Below are positions 23,089 through 36,524 of a stretch of 64,000 nucleotides of DNA, in pieces. The stretch is from NCBI GenBank assembly GCA_040954595.2, contig CM082597.2, positions 5,647,244 through 5,711,243 of the forward strand. Reading direction: 5' to 3'. Numbering within the stretch: position 1 is the stretch's first letter; every line of letters begins with the position of its first letter. A program made the translations under genes and the position numbers. The notes below the pieces were generated by a model. That model had not been told where the DNA came from. It worked only from the letters and a program-made list of their open reading frames with translations, and made no database searches. Source of the stretch: Balanoglossus misakiensis. Taxonomy: Eukaryota > Animalia > Hemichordata.

Positions 23089-26000
23089 GAACCTGATGCA
23101 GAACCTCCTATTAATATGATTATTGACACCTTGATTGCTGCTGCATGATCGGTTTAAGTTTGCAAGTAATTACTTTTACTGGAAATACGAGTTGATTTAG
23201 TAAAAACAACCCCTTACCTTCGTGTCTTGTGACGTCATCGGCTGAAGGCGTATGTGAGTGCTTTGGACCATATATTCGGAACAACTCTGTTATTATGACG
23301 TCAAACGGGTTTCTGATTATCACAATGGCTTTCTGGAAGTCCTTTGTTGCGTTGTTATCCCTCGAATGGGACATCACTACCAAGGTGTTTTCATATGTAT
23401 AGTCCATGAACTCGGCTTTGAATCCTGAAACAATGAAATACTTTGTGTCATCGATCATTTGTCAAAATAAATTTCTCAAGCGTGAGGCCCAGGCAAAACC
23501 GTTAACTGTCTTAGCTTTTAAAGGCACGTAAGCTGTAACTTTTGGGATAATTTTTGTAATTTTTGTTTCACACTGCACTACCATTAGCCCATGCAGATGA
23601 AGGCAGTGAACTATACACAAGCATTATAAACCCTAAATATGAGTGCATATGCAAGTTTTAACCAGATAAATAATAAAGCTTTGCCGCAAGCGATTATGGC
23701 CGCCACCGTGGGAAAATGCAAGAAACAATGAAAATGTTGCATTTCCGGTTGTGAAACTTCATAAACAAAACATGATCTCATCCACTTGAGCTCATGGAAG
23801 TAAATGTACACCACTGAGACATCAGATTTTCATTTTTCATTGCAATATTGCACTTTTTTTAAAATTGCAGGAATTTTCGTTTTTCTTTAATTTTTGGCCA
23901 TTTTGTCATAAATAAGAGTTGAGCTTGATATATTATCATGAAATATCATTTAATAGACATAATTAAAAGCATATATGAGATTATTTAAAACTTTAATTTT
24001 TTATCCAGTTGCAGCTTATGTGCCTTTAACATTTACTACATGCCTAAGACAGCTGGGTATAGTGGTAAGATGTCGCGAGATACGCAGTTGTGGTAACATG
24101 ATTGGTCTGTGCACTGCTGGAAGACAAATCTTTGGACACATTTTTTCCCATTTCATCAAATGTTGCAGGCATAATATATATTAGATCTTCACAACTGTAG
24201 TTTAATTTATTCAGAACAAACTAATCAAACCGCCATCAGTTTTATACATGTATAGTGTATCATCAAAGAGGGGTCTTTCCTTAGATAAAATCGACTTATT
24301 ATTTGAGCCACATGCATGAAACTACTCAACAGGTAATTCCACCTCTCAAAAGCATATAGTTATAACATTCCGCATTGCATTATACTGCTCGCTTTATTCA
24401 ACCAAACCAGCGACCCCAGTCTGAGACTGCATTTGGATTCAACATCTGAGATTTGAGAGCTTTACCTCCATAAAATAGACGCTTGTCTTGGTAGATAGAC
24501 CCTGTGTATATTCCTGTTGCTTGTTCGAGACCATATCTAACGCGTGGATTTCCCGATCCAGGCGAACTGGCTAGGGCGATAAGTGGGCGAGTTGACACTG
24601 GCGCCAAACAGACACTACACGGGTCATCTGTTGGAATCGGTCAAAATGAGAAAAAATAACACGTCATTTGTTGAAAACACCTGAACTTGTCTGGTAAACA
24701 TACCTATTAGAAACTGAAATATAGTAGTTTGATTCCAAAACTGTCAATATCGCCAATGTTTGCAAAAAATGCATGATGCCAATCACGGTGGAAAATATAT
24801 AGTGCATTTCTGTAGATAACTCTTACATATGTCATAAGATTCCCACATCCATGATTCATCCTCTTCTAGATGTCTAAGGTCTTCTGGCGGAAACAAGGCT
24901 TTCAAGTCATCTTCAAAATCTGTGACTTCTTCTGTGAAATCACAACATACGGAAGTGACGTCAAATGTTATGTATACTGTTGAGTGGGCTAAACTGAGGT
25001 ACAGGTAAAGTAACCCTGGCTTAGTTACAGACGTCAATTCCAGAGTATGATAGCTTAGCCTAACAATCATGAGATGTCAAATTGTATTTAGGTACAATTT
25101 TACAAAGAAAATGCCAAAGGGATAATGGTTATTACATGGTTTCCTTCAGATGACAAATTTTTTTATGCATTAGACATACGCTGAATGCTGTTCATTTGTT
25201 TGTGTGTTTTGTTTGTTTTTGCTATATTTGGTGTTTTGTTTGTTTTGTCAAACTCTAGTGTGCAAAGTCTTTTAATAACAAATTGTTGTACCTGTAACCT
25301 CTCTAGTCGTAGCTTTTACCCAGTTGTTGTCTTGGCCTGTCATGGCGCCTAAATGTCTAATATTTTCCTCCATTTCCTTAGAAATGGGATTTTCTTCATT
25401 GGTCTCTTGTCTTATATTGCTTCGTCTCAGTTGGCCAGCTTCGTTCATTTCTATTTCTTCTGATTCTCTGGGGACTGCAAGAGAAATATAGAGAATCAAG
25501 AAAGTGGTTCGTAGACAACTCAGAAAAGAGTATCATGGCACGTATGCTAATCTAAATTAGCACTAAACTGTGCACTACCAAGTCCCAAAGAAATCCTGTC
25601 TTCTTAATGCTATCAATGATTGGAGAGTCACATCAGCATCACCATATACGCATTAAGCTGATAGCTTCGTCTCATGTTCATGGAGCAATTTGTCATTCTG
25701 AGACAGTAACTCGCCTCCCTATCCCCCACACTTACTAAGTATGCCACGTGACCTTACCTTAGACTCTCTCACAGCCCACGGTTCGCTACAACAAGGCTCT
25801 TCACTGACGCGCCCTCAACCGTTTGGCAAAGGAGAAGCACCGTTTGGTGTTGTGTAGCGACACATGCAATCAGACCATAAGCCTGCATGGACGACGAGAT
25901 GGGCTGTGAGAGAGTCTAGACCTTGCCTTAGCACTAACTGGTGCATGGGAATACTTTCATAGGTCTAGAATCTGATGCTCGTATTGAGCACTATTTGGAC

Positions 26001-26452
26001 GAGAGGCTATAGTGGTTGGGATTTTCTGTGCATGCATTTCGAGATATATGAATGGGTATAGGGATTCAGATGCTACTGGAAATATTATAGTGACTGTCAT
26101 AAATATACATACCACTAAAATAGTTAGTCGGTTGTTCACTAGTGTCTTCGTCTTCTCTGAAGTTATTCACCTTTTCTACTAACACAAAATACCAATAAAG
26201 AGAAATTCAAACCATTGTTTTCTGACGCTGTTTCGTTAAGAAAATGACACTGATATGCCACAAAATTATTTCCGATATAATATAATAAAAGTAACTTCTG
26301 TCACAGTCGGGTCACACTCCGCATATTGCTGTCTTACCTGACAACTTCAAAGGTCTTGACCCACCAAGCGACAGTCGGTAGTGTTGAATCATGACGATTC
26401 CAGCAATAGCAGCTGTCAGGGAAATGAATATTTTCAACAGTTTGGACCTCAT
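22366..26452 (-). CDS. WSCD-family (sialate O-sulfotransferase-like) Golgi sulfotransferase, paralog A, ~404 aa, degenerate catalytic motifs
   Basis: Exons 26452-26338 (MRSKLLKIFISLTAAIAGIVMIQ, TM), 26178-26113, 25474-25292, 24931-24827, 24627-24466 ([31 protein letters not shown]), 23424-23218 (VVMSH..IIRNPFD), 22742-22366 (WW..W..VLFINYE..RIECV). All phase-1 GT-AG introns, 1215 nt. Confidence 0.85.
23047..23088. repeat. (GATA)n(GACA)n microsatellite
   Basis: Directly visible, intronic. Confidence 0.9.
23522..24025. mobile_element. TTAA MITE family 1, second full 504-bp copy (intron of sulfotransferase A)
   Basis: TTAA|AGGCACGTAAGCTG...CAGCTTATGTGCCT|TTAA; differs from 11514-12017 by only scattered substitutions. 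Confidence 0.92.
25760..25918. mobile_element. Small MITE with 19-bp TIR and ~10-bp target duplication
   Basis: TAGACTCTCTCACAGCCCA...TGGGCTGTGAGAGAGTCTA flanked by gaccttacct / gaccttgcct. Confidence 0.8.
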
Positions 26453-29172
26453 TTCTTTATCTTTTCTTCCCTAGTGAGAGAAAGAGAGTGAGAGCGGTTT
26501 ATTCCAGTGATAGTTGGCACATGGAAAGCATTGTGTCGTGCTTTTGTACAGTAGACAATTTCCTCTCAATTTGAAATCCCACGAGACTTGGTCATATCCA
26601 TAGCAACGGGTTACCAGCTAAGTGCCACAGGTCAAGCTTTGTGTTGAACTAGAGTAAGTGCAGACTGCAACAACAATCACAATTTCATGTGCCGTTTTAC
26701 ACCATGGCTTATGTGTTGTTTGTAATGTTTATGATATTGCTTGAATCAATCAGGTATAAAGAATTTCTGTGTGGTTTTTAATAGTCAGTATAAATAATTA
26801 ATTAAAACAAATTGTGGAGTCATTACCATGGCAACTAACAATTTTGCCACATTATTATTTTATTGAATGCAAACTGCATGATTTGCCAGAAATGAGATTA
26901 GAGTGTACTTAGTACGCTGCATGATGCGCACATTGTAACAGGTGTTACAATCGTGCAATAAAACGTTTAGCAACTCAGGCTACACTGTGACCAATTTTAA
27001 CCGAACGGTTCATCAAATACAAAATTAAGAATGACAAATTACAACTGTTGTATTATAACGCCACTGAAGCTATTTTGTGATTGAGAGATATCCTGAAATA
27101 TTGAGCATATTAATCGACTGGAATGCTGTGAAATTCATAAGTTATGAATGTACGTAATTGTGATTATGGTATAATTGATGGTGTGGCTGTCTACTAATAA
27201 AAGTTATAGTGTGACAAGTATAAAGACAGTGCTAGCATTTTAAGACAACTATTTTAATATCAATCTGAGAATGTCGCAGCTGAGTATCAGGCTACACCGG
27301 TACTATAACTATACACACATCTATCTGTAGACACGTTATAATCCAACACGGTACCCACAAATTCCGATGGCAAATTTAAGATCGTTTCTTGAATAAAATA
27401 ACTAAGTTATTTAATCAGAACGTATCGTATGACTTAATTTCAACATGTCATCTCAATGATATGGATATTTAATTGAAAGTATTTCTAAAATTCGTTCGTT
27501 TGTACACAAAACGAGGATAATAGCGATATTCTGTTCCACTATATTTGATTTTAATCCATCGACGTGTTCACATGACCCTAAAACAACATGTGTAGCATAT
27601 TGCATTTACCGATTGTACCAAGCTATAAAATATGACATCTTTAAACGATTTGTAAAATATGTGTACGGGCTTTCTTTCCTGTCTATAGTTTAATAGGCTT
27701 TGGTCCCCATGGTGGATTTTTTAAAATGAAGACCATTACAATGGATTATCTGGTAACGCGTTCAATGAACAGTGTGCGTCCATTCATGATAAGGCGTGGA
27801 ATTATTTTTTTCTGGTAAAACTCGAAAGGATTATTCTATCGAGAAAATATGCCTGCTGCTGTGCTTTTAATCTCGAATAGTTTTACATGAAATGGCCATT
27901 GTAAATTTGCAAATTGTACCGCACAGTACGTTGTTCGAAAAAACCTTCAACGTCCATAAAACATTGTATAAAATTACATTCTTTAAATTAAAAAAGAACA
28001 TATTCTCCGAGCATTTAATTTTAACCACGCTTCCAAATGGGTGGTAGTCTTGCATTTATTATAATCAAATGATTAAAAAAAATTCGTTCATGTTACTTTG
28101 GCAGGTTTCATAAAATGCCATATATTTGTTTCGATCAGAACATTTGTCGTTATGTGACGTATATACAAAATGAGGTAACAACATCAAATTAACAATTTAA
28201 CCTGACAATAATTTTTAGAAACCAGGAAAAAACTGCAATTACTTACCTACAAATAAGTATCCGATTTCCAATCAATATATACAAAAGACACAGTACCCGA
28301 TAGTGGTGAAACGAGTGTCTGACTATTAGTACATGCGCAGTGACGACATGACACGGGGAGAAATTTATGATCATTTATGGATGTGAGTTGACCTGGGTAG
28401 GTCATTCTTCACTGATCTCATTAGCTGATCATGAGTACTGACCTAATCGTCAGCCGATTTTCAGGATAGTGTGTGAACTTAGGTGGTGGTGTTGACAAAT
28501 TATACAAATTAATCAAATATGGGTATTCCCAGTTGTATTAAAGTGTGATCTGTATGGGCCCGGGAGAACTTATATGGCTGGTGTCTGGATGCGCGCATGT
28601 TGTTGCAGCAATAGGTTGAGCATCTGAATATGGAGGACGTTTGTTTAAGTCCTGCATATATAACATACTCCTTGTCGTGTTGGGGCAAACAGAACATGGC
28701 TGTGTGTAATTTCTGTCGTTTAGTGTGTACTCTATATCGTGTGTATAAACGTTATGTGCACAGGCAACTTAGTATCTGGAGTTCTTTTGTGTCTGTTTGT
28801 CTGTCTGTCTCTGATTGCATGCTTGTCGTTTACAGTGTGACAAAACCGAGTGTGTATGGCACACGCACATGTTTTATTTCATGTCACTAAGTTTGGCAAT
28901 TATAAACGAAAATTCATGTCTACTTCATACATTTGCACCCTCGTACGTATACGTAGGTACTGGCAATAGACCATTTCTGGACTCCACTAGATCTCGCGTG
29001 GTTTGTCAGCTTATATGGCAGAACATTCACATGTGAGACAGGGTAAACAATTAACGTATTGCCCATTGTTTTCAGCGGCAGAAAAGTTACAGATTTTATG
29101 AACCGCTGCACGTATTCTAGTTTCATACAAAGCACGATTTCTTGGCAATGTGCGGGAAATAATTTATTCGTA

Positions 29173-31561
29173 TCAACTGGTAACAATAGTATGTGTCTGT
29201 AAAGGTTTGTGTCCCTTTTTAACCAGCAAGCTGGAAACTCTGTCCATTCTCCTGCGGAGATCAACAGCGCGACTTCCGCTCAAAGCCGTCAACTCTTCCT
29301 TCCTGTCTTCAATCGTTCTCGCTTTGTGGAAAGCCCCTTCCTTGTTTCTGTGAACACACTCAAGCCTGTCGTCTGAAACTGTCATATTGAGAAATTCTAT
29401 GATTTTCTTTAACTGTGCATTCGGATCCGTCACCAAGTCTTCGTAGTGTACGACCATGAGAGGGCGTGTGAATGACTCCAACCACGTGACTGCCACATCT
29501 TCCCACCAGTCCACTGTGTCGTTGAACACCTTTTCAAATTCTGCACAGGAAATAAAATGGCAGAGGTAAAGCGTGGTAAAATATTTTCACAAGTGAAAAC
29601 CATTTTAAATAGAAAGCATATACATATTCCATATATTCCATTAAAATTGCATTCTAGTCCGGACTTGAAACATTTGTCAACAATAACAATCATTGGAACT
29701 TATACACATGACATGTAGACAGCAGGCATGTTGGTATAGTATAAGGGGTTGTCGCGCCGCGTTTGTTTGTTTATAAATATTACAATTTATCCACAAATCC
29801 CTGAAATTAGATAATTCTTAGAATGAACCACAGACTTGTCTGCGATGAATGAAGCAGCCAACTGTAGCGTAGACTGGGCATGACAGCAACTGAAGAGTAG
29901 GTCGTGGCGACTGCAATGGAGATTGCACTGGTATTGGAGGACATATTCTCATCAAGGGGGAAACCCACGCGGCGCGACGACCCCTTCCTTTTTAGTTGTT
30001 ACTTTTTTGGATGACTCCAACTCATTGTGGGCAGCGCATGCTCACCTGGACTTGTAACTGTCTCCTCGTTCCACTTTACCAATTCCAGGTGTCTCTGCTC
30101 AGTCAACATTCTATTGCATTCCGTTATCACAGCCGCAAAGGCATTCCTCATCAACAGGATTGCAGCCGGGTATCGTTTCAACTGATGATAGTTTTTCGTG
30201 TGAGTTTTCACTACAATAGTTCTGCCAGAATCCCAAGCGTCGTATTCACCAAGGAAACCTACACAGTGGTGTTTTGATAAACAAAGCAAAAATACTGAAA
30301 ATATGGCCAGATACTACAGATTGTGGTGTTTACCATTCCGTTAAAGCCCCTACAGCTGCCAAATTTCACATATTTTTTTCCACGGTAAAATACTTCAAAT
30401 ATACTGAAAAAATAGCCAGAGACTATAGATAGTGGTATTTTTTTACCATTCTCACATTTTAAGCTCTTATGAATGCCTTTAATGCAGACAATTCCATTTC
30501 AACAAAATCTCACCTAAAGTCAAGTATATATATGCACATAGACATATGTCCTTTTCCATGTTTTGTCCCAATTGTTCATGCAATTATAAAATGGCGTTTT
30601 AGACATCAGTTTCTAATTATTTCATAATTATTTTACATTGTTTCCCATGTCATTCAACTATAAAACCTTACCTGATTCATATAGTTCTGGATCTTGGAAT
30701 ACGGAACCAGTATATATGCCTGTAGCCTGTTCCAATAGATGTCTTAACCAGGTGTTTCCTGAACCAGGTGCACTGATCAGAGCAACAGGTGGCAGAGTGT
30801 TCGGTGGTGCGAAGTGGACACTGCAGTCCAAATCTAGATAATTAAAATTCATACAGTTTGTCAACTTTCACATAAAGCTAAATCAGAAATGAAGGAAATG
30901 TTCTAAATACGCTGAGGGCGCCCTTGGTGACATATCCTGCTTCTCTGTAATGAAACTATGATCGCTACGCAGGAAAAATTACCGACAAAATAGTCAAAGG
31001 TTACATATAGTGTGATTGTAATATATTAATCTGGAAAAACGAGGGACATGATGTCACAACGAGGATTTTCTTTAATACGTATATTTGTTCTTCGTAATAT
31101 TCTGATCACCGAGTCATGTGATCATGTCAGCAGTTGAGTATTAAGTCATTTCGTGTAAACACTTGACACAGTGACCCATGGCCGAGCATCAAACATATGT
31201 CAGAATGAAGGTAGTTGTAGTCTGTATAGGCGAACGATTCCGCGTGTATGAGCAAAACAATAGACATATTGTAGCGTTGATGAAAGCTATGGGGCTTCAT
31301 GTAATTATTTTATTCTTTCATTTTATTAACAATTAATGTTTATTAAGTCAAACTTAGTAATGCAAATATATAAAGTCATGCAGTTGTTATAGCACGGAAT
31401 ATAGCAACGTTTCCATTTAAAAAATAACATAGTAAAACAGGGGACTTACCTTTTAAAATGTTTGTTCTGGGGGCAAAATATACTTGATTAGCGGAGTAGC
31501 GTATGGTCACCAGGACAATGGACGCAGCTAAGATGGTAACGTAGAAAAGTTTGGCCTTCAT
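29173..31561 (-). CDS. WSCD-family (sialate O-sulfotransferase-like) Golgi sulfotransferase, paralog B, ~284 aa, no WSC domains
   Basis: Exons 31561-31450 (TM), 30833-30672 ([31 protein letters not shown], 5'-PAPS loop), 30258-30046 (VVKTH; ILLMRN, 3'-PB), 29540-29173 (VVHYEDL; RLECV..NKEGAFH). Phase-1 GT-AG introns, 855 nt. Confidence 0.9.
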
Positions 31562-32579
31562 CGTTTGGCAGAAAGTGTCAGTGTGCGTTTCATACTGTCA
31601 GAGGGTATAGCTTCATTGTTAAACCCCTAAAAGAAAGGGCATCTTTTACGGTTATGTCCCCTGCACAACAATCGGACTGACTGACCCGGAACGAATATTC
31701 AGAGGCTAGGTAGAGATTAAACTGCACAGCCACAAGCTGTCGTCAGTACCGGCTGTTACTTCTAATAGGTGACGTCACGCTGCATGTCAAATTTGGTGTA
31801 CATCGCTTGCATTTGTCTAAAAACGGGTCTATGTTACAGTTACGATCTAATTTATGACATGTACGGTAGTATTATTGGAAGTGGAAATCAGTAAATATGA
31901 TTATCTTTTCTCCTACTTCTCATGTCGTGTATGAACTGACACGGTCTGCCCAGGATGTCTTAAGTCTCCATTGTTGTTATCATCTTAAAAATGGTGCCTC
32001 AAACACCACAATTCATGCATGAAAGGGATTGTGGGAGTAGTCGGCTGAAAATATAGTTTGACCCCAACAGAAGGTTTCTCAAGGGGGTTTCTTTAGTATT
32101 AAATCTCCTTGCGCCAGTGACAACACATCTGTCTATTCCACAATGTTCGGAGTAATGGAGTAACGACTGCAGATAATGACGCTGGGATTAAAAAAGCACA
32201 AACTTTATTAAAGAAGTCGCTCAAGCCAATTTTAACGTTGGTAGTATAAGTTACAAATACGTCACATTTCACAAAACGCCACAATTTCAGTCAAGTACTG
32301 AAAATTTTGAGGACAATACTACAGAAAGTCGAGATATCCAATGGGTGGATTTAATGAGGTTCCCACCTCTACTTCGCTGTAAGTTTGATTATGTAGTATG
32401 ATATTTCTCCAAACTCAATGAGAGCAAAGGTATTATAGTGTCACCAACGAATAACATGATCTTAATATGTATACCATGCTATTTTTTTAAAACTTTTTTA
32501 AACTTTCTGTATTACAAACGGATGGAAATGAATAATTATAGATATCTGCATTTTTCATGCTCGGCTTGTAAAATTGATT

Positions 32580-35500
32580 TCAAAAATACAAAGATATCTC
32601 TTCTGTCAGTCCAGGAAATTTATAAAAATAAAACGTGTCTTTCTCAGTTGCCTGCCGTTCATCAGCAACAAACTTGGACCAACTCGACAACCATGTTGCG
32701 CCAAAGAGTTTGGACCCTTCAAAGAAAGATGAAGAAATGTAAAGTATTAATTGAGTGTTGTAATGTGTGTTATGAGGATGTGTGTGTGTGTCTGGCCATG
32801 GCATCACACTTGTCATTGACTGCGGCAAGCTTGTTGGAATACGACTCACGAAAGATGCATTGACTTTCAACTTTTTGTCATATCATTAACACTATTGCAG
32901 AACTGTGAAATATCTGTCTCGGAGTCTTATGAACAAACATCTAAACCTGCTTAATCAAATCGTCACACTATGTATGCATTCATTAATTTGTGTGTGTGCG
33001 TGTCGCTCTCTGTCTGTCTGTTTGTCTGTCCATCTGTCTATCTTTCCGTACATGTGGCAGTCAATTTCCCTCCCTGTCCCCCTCTCCCCCTCTCCCTCCA
33101 TACACATTACTGTGACCTCACACATAGTCCCCCGAGTCTGTCCACTTAAATGCATCTAAATTTGTCCCACAATTGTCTGACATGTGTGCAAATTGCACAG
33201 GTGGTGTCGTAGAACATGTGGTCTAAATATATCAATGATTGATTATGCTTACTTGCACAGATTTCCTGTTCGACCAAAGACAATACGTAATTGTCATTTT
33301 TTAAGATCGTCAATCGTGGGTCATCTATCAACATAATATCCTCAGATGTGTAGACGCTTTTGATTTTCCGTCTCATATATTCTTCGATATCCTAGAATAG
33401 AAAAAACACATATATATTATACCAAAAAATCTTAATTCTATTATACCAAAAAATCTTAATTCTAGCATGTGCTGAGTATATATAAGACTTTAGTTAACAG
33501 CCGGGTATGGCATAGAAAGTGATCGCGAATAACACATCCTACAAACGGGATGGAAGTTGTGTGTGGTTGAATGTTGATTCACTATATATTAATCCACATG
33601 TAGAATAGCATAAATGGTGTATTGTACCAGACATAATTAATGGAAAGGGGCAGCGAGAGAGAGACTTTGTCTGTTTATGAATTATGTTGACAGCTTTTCT
33701 AGTTGTACAACGGCAACAATCTTCATGACACTATGTTTCAACTCTATCAACAAATACATACAGATGAATAGGAAGGTCTTGCAATATAGAGACATTCCAA
33801 GTTCCTTCGACTGCATTTCTCCGATATTCCATCAACCATGATTGTCTGTGTGATGTTGGTCAACATTGGTGAGATTTTGCCACATAAATTGGGGTCAGGT
33901 GACGGTTTACTGCATCTGGTAAAATAAGGGGGGGGGGATGCAGGTTAAGGAAACATTGTCATCTTGTAAGTGGTACATTTTTAGGATGCACGGTCCTGGT
34001 ACCTGTTGATCAATATAGGACATCTTGTTCTGAAACAGATTGTAACTATTGACGTCCATTGGCATATTTGTGTATTGTTTACTTTATGTTAAACCAGGTG
34101 GCATGTATGAATTGAAGATGTATGGCTAAAACAAAGTCTACTTTGCTGCACTATTTGGTAATAATTGAACAAAGTGCCTTTTTATGACATGCGCTTGATT
34201 TATAAATAAGATATCATATGGTGGTCGAATGTATCACTTGAAAAATCACACAGCCTGCACTAATCCCTGTATAGCTGTGACGTTTAGCTTATTGAGTATA
34301 CTAAAATAAATAATTTAATTCCTTGTCTATTGTGCAAAAAATTATCATTTCATATATGTGATAAGAATTCAGTACGAACATATGCTTTTGCAACAAAACA
34401 CGATATTTAGACAAATGGGCTTTAAGTATAAGATGTTGAATATACTAGTTCCAACTATGTTTGGTGCACAAAAGTGAATTGATTTCAATACACAACGAAC
34501 ATCAGCTTTTGGAACAAACTGGATTTTAAAACCTGGATTTGTCAGCTTATCATAATGCCTAAAGTCAGTTAAGCAGCAAAAATTTGCAAAATTTTGCTGT
34601 TTTTCACTGTGAGCAAAATGAATAATGCCATGGGTTAGCTTTAGTTAAAGTTACGTTACTTATTCCAATTGCTTTTCTTGAAAATCAATCAATCAATCAA
34701 TCTATCAACCAATCTGTCCATCCGTCAGCCAATCAATCAATAAATCAATCAAGGATGTTTATAAACTAAAAACAAGCTTCTGACCTTTCACCTGTTTTAT
34801 TTCTCCAATGAATGGCCATATAGTCCTTTCCTCCACATATTCTATCCATTACAAAAACCGCCAATTCTTTGATGTTGTCTGCTCGCTTCAAGAATTTATA
34901 TGTTGCAAGTTCTACTTCTCGGGCATGTGTTGTCTGAACCCAGGGCTCATATTCAATACAGTCAGGTACTTCCAATCCGAAGGCATTGATTGGATGAAAA
35001 ATGGCTAAGCAGTCAACGTCGCTCGTTTTCTCGAATTCGCTCTTTCTGGCTTCATCGGTGGATGGAATGCTTTCGTAGGCAGGGATTGAAATGTTCCACA
35101 TTGTCTCCAACATTTCCGCCGACTTTCTGTAGTGTCGTTCGTACATCTCCATGAACGTCGGGAAGATGGTGCTCGGCGTCAAAATGGCGATAGCGCGCCC
35201 CTGGCAACGGTCGCGAAATTCCTCGACCCCAGCAACATGCAACAGCTTGTTGAGTTCCTCGGTGTCGAAGGTTTCTTGGAAAGGTCTGACGTCATGGTGG
35301 TTGCTGAAATGTCCCATGAAGGGCATGGCTATTATTGTTCGTTGGTAGTATAACGCCAGTCGAGTCGCTGCTTTGAAGTTATTGTACTGCCAGTTTGGCC
35401 CTCCGCCTCGAAGATACAGAGGCAACAAATATCGTTTCGAAGTACTTGCACCCTCGCTTCTGATAATGTTACCACTGTTCTTGTTAGGGTTCACCTGACA

Positions 35501-36524
35501 AAGAACACGAAATTGTTGATAAATGTTACCTGGGAAAATATAATTTCTTTTCAACTGACAAGGTGTATCAGTTTCTATGAACATGTGACATTGATTTCAT
35601 TGATCACAACAGAGGCAACTATTTTAACCAGAAGATTAATAGAATCTCACACTGCCAAGGACCTGGGATCATATTTCTCACACGAGTTGAAGATTTTTAT
35701 CTGGCACGAGCCGCAGGAGTGAAAAATATGATCCCAGGTCCTTGGTGTGGGAGATTATATTTCTCACACGTTCACACATTAGCCTAGACTTGCTCCAAGT
35801 CTATGGGCTGTGTAGGGAACGTGTCGGCTTGGTCGACGCTACCCGAAACCACAAGCTCAGTCGCAAATTCGAAACTCGCCTCACTACCAAAAACACGCTT
35901 AAGGCAAGCATGCATGCAAAAAGTATTGAAATTATTTATTAAGACAAAAAACCACCGAAAACACAAAAAGTATTGAGATTTAAAAATCACCAAGCGACTA
36001 GTGGGCTAGTCTAACATTAGCCAAATTCGTATTAAAAACATTGAATAAATGACTCTGGAACTGTCGTCTGGCACGTTGTAGTCTCTGTCCGTGTAATACG
36101 CATCGCGCCATTGGATAACATTTAGCGCGCGTTTACTAAAGAACGCTTTGTCATCCAATCAGCGCTCGTGTCATATACAGCTTTCGATTTAGTGAGAGTG
36201 TGGGATCGATTTGTTCTCACACTCTGATCCCACACTCTCAGCGTGCCAGGAGTGTGATGATTGCAACTTTGCACGAGGATGTTCCTCAATCAATACACCC
36301 ATGGGATGATTATCACTCACCTCTTCTTGTTTACTGGTTTGTGTGTTTACTGTTTTCAGGGGCATGAGCGGTACAATTTCGTTGGAATCCAGATCGAGAG
36401 AGGACAACGCCCTTTCGCCTGTCCGCGCGCTGTAAGCTGGCCTGGTGGCGTAGTTGTTCATCTTGTGGACCAGAAACAGCGTGGCGATGAACGTCACCAG
36501 TAGAAGCGATCTCCATAGTCGCAT
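32580..36524 (-). CDS. O-fucosyltransferase-like (GT-B, O-FucT/POFUT superfamily) type II membrane protein, paralog 1, ~447 aa
   Basis: Exons 36524-36321 (TM), 35494-34785 (GGGPNWQYNNF; YMAIHWRNKTGE), 33915-33762 (CLYIARP), 33391-33253 (DNYVLSLVEQEICA), 32716-32580 (SKLF...SSWSKFV..ER). In frame, GT-AG, 1344 nt; motif order fits the GDP-fucose-binding motifs I-III. Confidence 0.85.
33551..33671. mobile_element. Half copy (right TIR) of TTAA MITE family 2
   Basis: ggaagttgtgtgtggttgaatgttgattcactat...gggcagcgagagagagactttgtc matches the family 2 right arm. Confidence 0.8.
35643..35756. repeat. Hairpin/inverted repeat in intron 1 of O-FucT-like paralog 1 (probable transposon relic)
   Basis: aatctcacactgccaaggacctgggatcatattt pairs with aaatatgatcccaggtccttggtgtgggagatt. 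Confidence 0.7.

Noticed and set aside
25957-26139. ORF MNNRLTILVVCIF... as the TM exon of sulfotransferase A
   Set aside because: Starts at GTG with an upstream in-frame stop. A better ATG/TM exon lies at 26452-26338, and this region is used in another frame as a 66-nt exon.
33416-33463. Perfect 24-bp tandem duplication in an intron
   Set aside because: Ordinary slippage event upstream of an intact acceptor; no evident function.
35784-35993. Possible extra stem exon of O-FucT-like paralog 1
   Set aside because: Splice sites are weak or out of phase, it lies among intronic repeat relics, and exon 1 joins exon 2 in frame without it.
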